Shown here: piece after piece, positions 22,485 through 29,952 of the stretch
Numbering within the stretch: the stretch's first letter is position 1
Layout: the number at the start of each line of letters is the position of its first letter
Assembly (NCBI GenBank): GCA_021821285.1
Contig: JAKACQ010000011.1
Location: 9,333 to 73,332 of the forward strand
DNA length: 64,000 bases
Source: Pseudomonadota bacterium
GTDB lineage: Bacteria; Pseudomonadota; Gammaproteobacteria; Acidithiobacillales; Acidithiobacillaceae
Reading direction: 5' to 3'
Made by a program: the position numbers and the translations under genes
The notes under the pieces: generated by a model
What the model was told of the DNA's origin: nothing
Seen by the model: the letters and a program-made list of their open reading frames with translations, nothing else
Database searches by the model: none

Positions 22485-23726
22485 GTGACATTGGCCTTCC
22501 TCGCGCTGGGCGGTGTCTTTTTCTGGTTCTTCGGTGGTCCCCGCTATGTCCTGGAAGGCGTGTTGGGCGCCCGCTTGCGGCAACCCGTTCATCTTGCCGC
22601 CGGCCCCCAGATATATTGGGGGAAGAAGACCGTGCGGATCACGGTGCTGGGTTTGCGTGTCGGTATCGAGGCGCGGCCCTGGTTCAGCGTAAACCGGTTG
22701 ATCATCGTCCTGCCCTGGTCCCGCCTCCTGCGCGGGCAATTGCAGATCCAGAAGATCACGTTGGATGCGCCGACACTGGATGGGCCATGGCGGGGTGTCG
22801 GCAGCACCGGGGCGAAAGCGTTTCCCTGGCCCGGCGAAATGGTCGTCCACAACGGGGCATTGCGCTGGCCGGCGGTGGCTGGGCACGCCCTGTCCGTTAC
22901 CGCCCTCAATGGGCGGGTGGTGGCGCAGGGCTTCAGCCAGGTGGCGGGTGACTGGCACTGGCGGAATATGGGTGGGCGCTGGCACTTTGCCGCTGAAATG
23001 GCGCCCGCACCTCTGGTGTTCGCCCGCAATATGATTTTGCGAGTGGCGACCCCGGCGGAGCCAGCGTTACTGCAAGTCGTGATTCCGGCTCTGCAGCGGG
23101 GGTCACGGGACATTGTCGTGCCAACGCTGCTCGTTCGTTGGCAAGAAAGCGGACAGCGTCAGGCTCGGTTACGGGTGCGGGCGCTGCGCCTGAACATGCG
23201 GCGGCGTCATGTGATCCTGGGGGAGGGTGTGCTGGCGGCGGGCCGTGATCTCGCCCTCCATATCCGCGCGGCGGATCTCCGCTGGGCCCCCCTGCAGGGC
23301 CATCTGGCCTACCAGGCCACTATCCGGCATCTGCCGCAATGGGCTCGGCGCTGGGGGCTGACCCCACCGACGTTGGCGAGCCCGAACGCACTGCGCCGGC
23401 TCACGGCCGCGGGCACGCTTCAGTGGAATGGTCCGCATTGGCACTGGCGCATTGCACAGGGACGGATGGATGGCAGTGCTTGGGCGGGTCAGATCGTGGG
23501 AACCTGGAAACCGCTGGCGATCCGTGTCGATCTGCATGTGGGGCGTTTGGATCTCGACCATTACCTGCCCGCCCCCCGGACCGGTACGGGCCCATCCGCG
23601 CTTTTGCCCGCACTGCCCGCGCACTGGCCCGTGACCGGCAGCGTTCGCGTCGCTCACCTGCGTTGGGGGAGGATCAATGCGCGTGACTTGGTGATTCGTA
23701 GTCCTGCTTCCGGAGCGCCCCATTGA
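22485..23726 (+). CDS. AsmA-like membrane-anchored protein
   Basis: N-terminal TM, beta-rich body, LDLDHYLP motif; asmA-mutY-yggX synteny. Confidence 0.65.
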   Translation: MTLAFLALGGVFFWFFGGPRYVLEGVLGARLRQPVHLAAGPQIYWGKKTVRITVLGLRVGIEARPWFSVNRLIIVLPWSRLLRGQLQIQKITLDAPTLDGPWRGVGSTGAKAFPWPGEMVVHNGALRWPAVAGHALSVTALNGRVVAQGFSQVAGDWHWRNMGGRWHFAAEMAPAPLVFARNMILRVATPAEPALLQVVIPALQRGSRDIVVPTLLVRWQESGQRQARLRVRALRLNMRRRHVILGEGVLAAGRDLALHIRAADLRWAPLQGHLAYQATIRHLPQWARRWGLTPPTLASPNALRRLTAAGTLQWNGPHWHWRIAQGRMDGSAWAGQIVGTWKPLAIRVDLHVGRLDLDHYLPAPRTGTGPSALLPALPAHWPVTGSVRVAHLRWGRINARDLVIRSPASGAPH

Positions 23727-24883
23727 TCCCTCTTGCGGAAATGCTGCTGGACTGGTACGCCCATCACGGACGCCACGACCTGCCGTGGCGCCAGACCCGG
23801 GATAGCTACCGCCTGTGGCTGGCGGAAATCATGCTGCAGCAAACCCAAGTGGATAGTGTCAAGCCGTATTATGGCCGCTTTCTGCAGGTCCTGCCGAACT
23901 GGCAGGCGTTGGCGGAAGCACCGCTGGATCAGGTGCTTGCCTTATGGAGCGGACTGGGTTATTACGCCCGTGCCCGCAATGCCCAGCGGGCGGCGCAGGA
24001 GGTGGTGACACGCCATGCCGGCCATTTCCCGGACACGCTGGATGCGGCCATTACTTTGCCGGGTGTGGGGCGGAGCACTGCGGCCGCGGTGCTCGCCAGC
24101 GCCTTTGGGCAAAGACACGCCATTCTCGATGCCAATGCCCGGCGCGTGCTCATCCGCAGTCATGCCATAGACGCCGATCCTCGGGCCACGGCGACTCAAC
24201 ATCGGCTTTGGTCACTGGCCAGCGCTCTGACACCGCACGATGCCCACAGCTATAATCAAGCCATCCAGGATCTGGGTGCCATGATCTGCACACCGCGCCA
24301 ACCGCGTTGTAGGGCGTGTCCATTGGCGGGTCCGTGTATGGCTCGCGCCCAAGGGCGGAGCCACGTCCTGCCGGTGGCTCGTGTCAAGACCGCGAAGCCC
24401 GAGCGTTGCGTCTGTTTCCTTCTGGCCAAGGATGCCGATGGACGGATATTGCTGGAAAAACGCCCGGAGACGGGTATCTGGGGTGGGCTCTGGTGTTTGC
24501 CGGAAGCCGCGCCCGGTGGTGGCGAACATCCCGTCCTTTGCTCTAATGCGACGTATCCACTGCAAGATACGTCGGTCCTGCGTCAATCCCTGCGTGCGGT
24601 GTGGGCACGGCGCCTCGCGTTGCATCTGGAACTGACCATGCTGGAAGAAGAGCAGCGGCATACGTTTACCCATTTCCAATTGCGTTTTCGTTGTGTGCAT
24701 GCGCGCGTTCTGGGCGGCGCTGTCGCGGATTCGGCAGTACCGCTGCGCTGGCACGACCCGGCAGAAGCCTTGGCGCAAGGCTTACCCACCCCCATGCGCC
24801 GCATACTCGAGCGTATGGTGAAGGCCGCTGATCCCTCTCGTGTCACGCGACTTATTCCCAGGCGGCGAGTTCGGGTAATATAG
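23723..24883 (+). CDS. mutY: A/G-specific adenine glycosylase
   Basis: LPWR, EIMLQQTQV, WSGLGYYARARN, LPGVGRSTA, C-X6-C-X2-C-X5-C Fe-S motif. Confidence 0.96.
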   Translation: MIPLAEMLLDWYAHHGRHDLPWRQTRDSYRLWLAEIMLQQTQVDSVKPYYGRFLQVLPNWQALAEAPLDQVLALWSGLGYYARARNAQRAAQEVVTRHAGHFPDTLDAAITLPGVGRSTAAAVLASAFGQRHAILDANARRVLIRSHAIDADPRATATQHRLWSLASALTPHDAHSYNQAIQDLGAMICTPRQPRCRACPLAGPCMARAQGRSHVLPVARVKTAKPERCVCFLLAKDADGRILLEKRPETGIWGGLWCLPEAAPGGGEHPVLCSNATYPLQDTSVLRQSLRAVWARRLALHLELTMLEEEQRHTFTHFQLRFRCVHARVLGGAVADSAVPLRWHDPAEALAQGLPTPMRRILERMVKAADPSRVTRLIPRRRVRVI

Positions 24884-24927
24884 GCGGGCAAGCAGCATTT
24901 ATCCCCAAATCATGAAGGAATTTCGTT

Positions 24928-25200
24928 ATGTCACGAATGGTGCAGTGCGTAAAACTCGGTCATGAAGCTGAAGGTCTGGACCGTCCCCCATATCCTGGCC
25001 CCCTCGGTATGCGGATCTATCAAGAGGTCTCCAAGGAGGCTTGGCAGGGCTGGTTGAAGCATCAGACCATGCTCATCAACGAATATCGCCTTTCCCCCAT
25101 TGATCCCAAATCGCGAACCTTTCTAGAAAAACAGATGGACGCCTACTTCTTCGGTGATGGTGCGTCGGCACCCGAAGGCTACGTGCCGCCTCAGCCGTAA
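24928..25200 (+). CDS. yggX: Fe(II)-trafficking / oxidative damage protection protein
   Basis: [26 protein letters not shown]; follows mutY. Confidence 0.95.
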   Translation: MSRMVQCVKLGHEAEGLDRPPYPGPLGMRIYQEVSKEAWQGWLKHQTMLINEYRLSPIDPKSRTFLEKQMDAYFFGDGASAPEGYVPPQP

Positions 25201-25260
25201 GCATCTTTGAGCCCGGATTGCGGGTGTTTTCCGGGACACCCGCCATACGATAGGACGCCG

Positions 25261-25541
25261 CGTCGTTGCTTGACGACAATAGCCAGGCATACCGGATCAG
25301 GCCATTATTGCGTGGATGCCGGGTTTTGTCGCTGGAAGGTGACGATCTGGACCGGATGATCCGCCGCCTCGTTCCCCCCGCTTTTTGTCCGGTTTCCCAG
25401 AAAACACGCCCTTCGCACTTCATGTTTTTACAATAACCTATTGCATACCCTATATTTTATGAAAAACCGCCAGGAGGGCGAAGGACGCGCGCCGGCGCTT
25501 TACGACCCGCTCCCGCGGGAGCGGGTCGGAGATGGGCGACT
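25261..25541 (+). promoter_or_regulatory. cluster of GlrR(QseF)-type upstream activator sites (GTC-N10-GAC)
   Basis: CGTC-N10-GACA 25261-25278, TGTC-N10-GACG 25327-25344, TGTC-N10-GAAA 25386-25403, GGTC-N10-GACT 25524-25541; enterobacterial GlrR consensus is TGTC-N10-GACA. Confidence 0.6.
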
Positions 25542-25602
25542 TATCGGACGCTCCATACAGGGAGCCTACAAAAAAACGCTTCATAAACATTTAGATAAAA
25601 AT

Positions 25603-25618
25603 TGGCACGTATTGTGCT
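25603..25618 (+). promoter_or_regulatory. sigma54 -24/-12 promoter
   Basis: TGGCACGTATTGTGCT: GG and GC exactly 10 nt apart, AT-rich tract upstream, 75 nt before ATG 25693. Confidence 0.8.
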
Positions 25619-25692
25619 TTCAGGTATTCGCCGTCAAAAAACGGCACCGCCGAAAGCGGAATCTGGAATCACCTTTTGAGGAGAGCTTATTT

Positions 25693-25938
25693 ATGAAGAA
25701 GATCGTTGCCTTGACTGCTGCCCTGTCCTTTCTGACCGCTACCGCCGCTTTTGCCACCGAAGTCCCCGCCGCGGGCGCGAAGGCTCCGGAGAAGACCATG
25801 GAGCACAAGGCCCCTGAGCACAAGGTCATGAAGCGGAAGGTGGAGCATAAGAAAATGATGAGAAAGGCCCCCGAGCACAAGAAAGTGGTCAGGAAGGCGC
25901 CCGAGCACAAGCGTGTGGAGAAGAAGCCCGCAGCCTAA
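25693..25938 (+). CDS. small secreted Lys/His-rich repeat protein (Asr-like)
   Basis: GAGGAG RBS; Sec signal MKKIVALTAALSFLTATAAFA; mature part with KAPEHK/VEHK repeats. Confidence 0.85.
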   Translation: MKKIVALTAALSFLTATAAFATEVPAAGAKAPEKTMEHKAPEHKVMKRKVEHKKMMRKAPEHKKVVRKAPEHKRVEKKPAA

Positions 25939-25989
25939 GGCTTCTTGGGGCGCGCCTTTCCGGCGTGATCCACGGTGTTTCGATTGCTG

Positions 25990-26018
25990 AACCTGGGGGG
26001 CGATCTCCCAGGTTTTTT
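25990..26018 (+). terminator. intrinsic terminator
   Basis: AACCTGGGGG-GCGAT-CTCCCAGGTT stem followed by T tract. Confidence 0.75.
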
Positions 26019-26201
26019 ATTGGGTACCCCGGCATGGCCCCCTACTTCTGGCCTTCCACAGCAGGGGTTATGGGCGGGCGCTGGGAGAGTACGGCGCGCA
26101 TTGGAGCGTCAGTGAACCCATGTATCCGGGAGTTCTTGCACTTTCCCGCTTACGCTTCTACGCTGGACCTCTTTGATCTCTTTGCCGGAGTCTGCTGGTC
26201 T

Positions 26202-27722
26202 ATGGCATTACGCCCGAGTTCCATTTCCAAGCTGGTCGTCATCGGTTTTGGTCTGGCCATCGTGCCTTTGGTGTTGGTCATTGTCAGTGTGACTGTCGCC
26301 ATCGCGCATTTTGCAGAGCAGGGGCAGGTGAGCATCCTGCGCGCGGTGGCCATGAGCGATGCCGCCAACCGGATGAACAATGCCGTGCGATCCATGGAGC
26401 GTTATGGTCTGCAGTACACGGTGTTACAGGACCAAGCGCTGTTGGTGCTCTACGATCAGAGCTTTACGGGGTACCAGAAATCCAGCGCCCAGTTTGCCGC
26501 GGCGGGCCCATCCACCGCCGACCGGCAACGCCTGGAACGGCTGGCCTCGCATTTGGCCCGCGCCCGCCAACTGTTGCCGCTGGTGTCCCTGGAGGGGAAC
26601 CGCAGTGCGCTGGAAAGTGATTTCAGCCGCGCCAGTGGGGAGGCGCAACGCCTGCAAAGCGATGTGAACGAGGGAATCAGCACCGAGGTGGCCAAGCTGG
26701 GTACCCGGGCGCTGGCGATCAAGCGCCTGACCATCGTGGAGGTATTGCTGGTGCTCCCCCTTTCCATAGCGGTTGCCATTCTGTTCATCGTCCTGATCAC
26801 CCGCCCCATCCGGCGCCTCGATCAGGCGGTATCCGGTCTCGGTGACGGTGATCTGGAAACACCCATCACCGTGCAGGGGCCAAGGGATATCGCCAGTCTG
26901 GGCGACCGGTTGGAGTGGTTGCGTAATCGGATGAATGCGTTGGAGGCGGCCAAGCTGCATTTCCTGCGGCAGCTTTCCCATGAGCTGAAGACGCCGCTGA
27001 CCGCAATCCGCGAAGGCGCGGATCTGCTGCAGGAAGACCTGGGACACGAACTGGGCGCCGAACAGCAGGAAATCGTCCACATCGTGCGTGACAACAGTTT
27101 GCGTCTGCAACGGCTGATCGAGGATCTTCTGCGCTTCAGCCTGGCCGAAGGACCGGTGGGCGCCGGTATGGTGCAGGATATTTCCCTGACCGCCGTTGTG
27201 CAGGACCTGTTGCTGAGCTATAAGCCCAGCCTGCGTAGCAAGTCCCTGCACTTGGCTGTCGATCTGGCGGAGGTGCAGGTGCGCGGCCACAGCGACCGTT
27301 TGCGGACTATTTGTGATAACTTACTCTCCAATGCCGTGAAGTTCTCGCCACAAAACGCTACCATACGACTGCATTTACAGGTACAAGGCGAACGGGCGGT
27401 CCTCGATGTTGAGGATGAAGGGCCGGGCGTGGCGCCTGAAGAGCGTGAAAAGATTTTCGATATTCTCTACCGGGGCGAGGCCTCGGATACGGGAAAGGTT
27501 GAAGGCAGCGGCTTGGGGCTGGCTATCGCCAGAGAATATGTCTTGAGTTATGGGGGAAGTCTTGAATTGCTGGATAAAGAAACGCCAGGAGCCTGTTTTC
27601 GGCTGCTCCTGCCGCTCGCGGATCATACTGCTCCCCATGGTGCTCACCGTGCTGACTCTGGCGGGTTGCGCGAGCCCGCCGCCGCTACTCCCCCCAAATA
27701 CAGTGATCCTCAAGCCGGGTGA
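26202..27722 (+). CDS. glrK: sensor histidine kinase, GlrK/QseE-like
   Basis: two TMs, periplasmic helical domain (MER), HAMP (GP.DI..LG.RLEWLR), SHELKTPL, NLLSNAVKFS, GSGLGL; start taken at ATG 26202. Confidence 0.8.
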   Translation: MALRPSSISKLVVIGFGLAIVPLVLVIVSVTVAIAHFAEQGQVSILRAVAMSDAANRMNNAVRSMERYGLQYTVLQDQALLVLYDQSFTGYQKSSAQFAAAGPSTADRQRLERLASHLARARQLLPLVSLEGNRSALESDFSRASGEAQRLQSDVNEGISTEVAKLGTRALAIKRLTIVEVLLVLPLSIAVAILFIVLITRPIRRLDQAVSGLGDGDLETPITVQGPRDIASLGDRLEWLRNRMNALEAAKLHFLRQLSHELKTPLTAIREGADLLQEDLGHELGAEQQEIVHIVRDNSLRLQRLIEDLLRFSLAEGPVGAGMVQDISLTAVVQDLLLSYKPSLRSKSLHLAVDLAEVQVRGHSDRLRTICDNLLSNAVKFSPQNATIRLHLQVQGERAVLDVEDEGPGVAPEEREKIFDILYRGEASDTGKVEGSGLGLAIAREYVLSYGGSLELLDKETPGACFRLLLPLADHTAPHGAHRADSGGLREPAAATPPKYSDPQAG

Positions 27723-28014
27723 ACAGGTGATACGGACCAGCGAATTGACGGCCTTGCAGGCCCACATCGCGGCACCGGAAAAAGTCACCCCGATTACGGC
27801 GAGTTGCCTTTCGGAAAAAGCGGAAGCGGCCAACCTGAACCAGCAGCTTATGGATGCCCGTGCCGGTGATCCGGGATACCAGAAACTGGAGGCGCGGGTG
27901 AACGAACTGCAAAATCGCCTGGCGCAGTCCCAGCAGCGCGAGGTGGAACTCCGCAAGAAGCTCAATGAATTGGTGCAGATCGAAAAAAACGCACGTTTAC
28001 CGCAGGGACGCTAG
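27550..28014 (+). CDS. lipoprotein with coiled coil, QseG-like accessory protein
   Basis: lipobox LAGC, C-terminal ELRKKLNELVQIEK coiled coil; between kinase and regulator; start uncertain. Confidence 0.65.
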   Translation: MGEVLNCWIKKRQEPVFGCSCRSRIILLPMVLTVLTLAGCASPPPLLPPNTVILKPGEQVIRTSELTALQAHIAAPEKVTPITASCLSEKAEAANLNQQLMDARAGDPGYQKLEARVNELQNRLAQSQQREVELRKKLNELVQIEKNARLPQGR

Positions 28015-28020
28015 ACAGCT

Positions 28021-29397
28021 ATGGAAAAGGGTAAAATCTTACTGGTAGACGATGACACCGATCTCCTGCGGTTGTTGTCCCTGCGTATGAAAAGTGCCGG
28101 TTATGCGGTCAATACGGCCATCGACGGGAATGAGGCGCTGTCGGTGCTGGCGATGGAGCATCCCGCGCTGGTCATCACGGATCTCAAGATGGGTAAGATG
28201 GATGGCATGGCCCTGCTGGACGCCATTCGCCGTGATTATCCGACCCTGCCCGTCATTATCCTCACCGCCCATGGTTCTATTCCCGATGCCCTGCTGGCGG
28301 CCGACCAGGGGGTCTTTGCCTTCCTCACCAAACCGTTTGATGGCAAGGACCTCATGGCGCAGGTGGAGCGTGCCTTCAGCCTGACGGCGGCGGTGTTGCC
28401 GACATCGGGCAAGCCGGGCAAGGATTCTGGCTGGGAGCGCATCCTGACCCGCAGTCCCAAAATGCAGGCGGTACTGGATCAGGCCCGCCTGGTGGCCGCT
28501 TCGGGTGCGAGCGTCTTCATTCATGGCGCCAGTGGCACAGGCAAAGAGTTGCTGGCCCAGGCCATCCATCAGGCCAGTCCCCGCCGCAATCATGCCTTTA
28601 TCGCGGTGAACTGCGCGGCTTTTCCCGAGCAGTTGCTGGAGTCGGAACTCTTCGGGCACAAAAAGGGTGCCTTCACCGGCGCTGCCAATAACCATCAGGG
28701 CTTGTTTCAAGCCGCCGAGGGCGGCACCCTTTTTCTCGATGAAATTGGCGATATGCCCCTCTCCCTGCAGGTCAAGCTGCTGCGTGCCTTGCAGGAACGG
28801 GTCATTCGACCGGTCGGCGCCACCGAGAGTATCCCTGTGGATGTACGGATCATTTCCGCCAGTCATCGGGATCTGGAACAGGAGATGGCCGCGCGACGTT
28901 TCCGCGATGACCTCTATTATCGCCTTTGCGTCGTCACGCTGGAGCTGCCTGCCCTGGCCGAGCGTCCCGAGGATATCCCCTTGCTGGCCGAATTCTTCCT
29001 GCGGGATACGGCCGCAAAAAATCGCAAGGATGTCCGGGGTATCGCGCCGGAGGCCATGGAGCTCATGGTGGCGGCGCCCTGGCCCGGCAACGTCCGGCAA
29101 CTGGCCAATGTCATTGAACAGGCCGTCGTGCTTTCCACGACCCCGCGCATCGGGGCGCCTCTGGTGCGTCACGCCCTGCGTGACCGTGAAGGCGAGGTCC
29201 TTCCCCTGGCCGATGCCAAGGGCCGCTTCGAAATGAACTATCTCATTCAAATCATGCGGATGACCAGAGGTAACGTGAGTCAGGCCGCGCAGTTGGCACA
29301 GCGTAACCGGACCGAGTTTTATCGTCTGCTGCGCCGCTACCACCTCGATCCCGCGGCCTTCAAAGAAACCGACGGCGAAGACGAGGTGGAGGAGTAG
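28021..29397 (+). CDS. glrR: sigma54-dependent response regulator, GlrR/QseF-like
   Basis: REC domain, GASGTGKE, GAFTGA, FLDEIGDM, WPGNVRQL, GlrR-type HTH RNRTEFY.LL.R. Confidence 0.88.
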   Translation: MEKGKILLVDDDTDLLRLLSLRMKSAGYAVNTAIDGNEALSVLAMEHPALVITDLKMGKMDGMALLDAIRRDYPTLPVIILTAHGSIPDALLAADQGVFAFLTKPFDGKDLMAQVERAFSLTAAVLPTSGKPGKDSGWERILTRSPKMQAVLDQARLVAASGASVFIHGASGTGKELLAQAIHQASPRRNHAFIAVNCAAFPEQLLESELFGHKKGAFTGAANNHQGLFQAAEGGTLFLDEIGDMPLSLQVKLLRALQERVIRPVGATESIPVDVRIISASHRDLEQEMAARRFRDDLYYRLCVVTLELPALAERPEDIPLLAEFFLRDTAAKNRKDVRGIAPEAMELMVAAPWPGNVRQLANVIEQAVVLSTTPRIGAPLVRHALRDREGEVLPLADAKGRFEMNYLIQIMRMTRGNVSQAAQLAQRNRTEFYRLLRRYHLDPAAFKETDGEDEVEE

Positions 29398-29420
29398 AGT
29401 CGGCCGCGCCGCGTCATGAT

Positions 29421-29442
29421 AAAAGCCCCGCTTCAGGCGGGC
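29421..29442 (-). terminator. putative intrinsic terminator facing leftwards
   Basis: minus strand GCCCGC-CTGAA-GCGGGGC-TTTT. Confidence 0.45.
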
Positions 29443-29952
29443 GAGGTCGTTGTCTTCTGCGGCAATTCGCGGCTCTCCAGGTGGATCACACAGGCTTTGT
29501 GGTGAAGGGCTTCGTCTGAATGGTCGTGTGCAGTTCTGCCGGGGCAATCCCGAGCGGCGGACACGGCCTTGGAATGTGCCCAATAGCGGATCGTCCTGCC
29601 ACGATATCGGCTCTTTTTATGGAAATGAAGAGCGATCTTTCCTTAATTAAACGGAATGAAATATGAGTGGATCATGGCATGGCGTTTTATGCCAGCATGT
29701 TATATGCAGCAGTTGCGCCATAACGTGGTGGATGATGTTCCGCGATCCCCGGTTATTGGACGCGGTTAATCCTTTTTAAACGGGCCTCTATAATTCTTGA
29801 CACACCTATGTGGCATACCTAACATAGCGCCTTGACGAGGCTAAGGCGAGCAATATCATATAAGCATATTACGACAGAAAATCGTTTATATTTTTCTTCT
29901 GCGCCTCTTTTTTGCGCGGTGTCCCATGGCGTTCCGGCGAGGAACCGTTCAT

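Noticed and set aside
25790-25920. Short DNA repeats (AAGGCCCCCGAGCACAAG-like) as a possible CRISPR array
   Set aside because: In-frame coding repeats (KAPEHK) with spacing far too short; no cas genes
25965-26201. N-terminal extension of the kinase ORF
   Set aside because: Spans the terminator; ATG 26202 directly before the first TM is the better start
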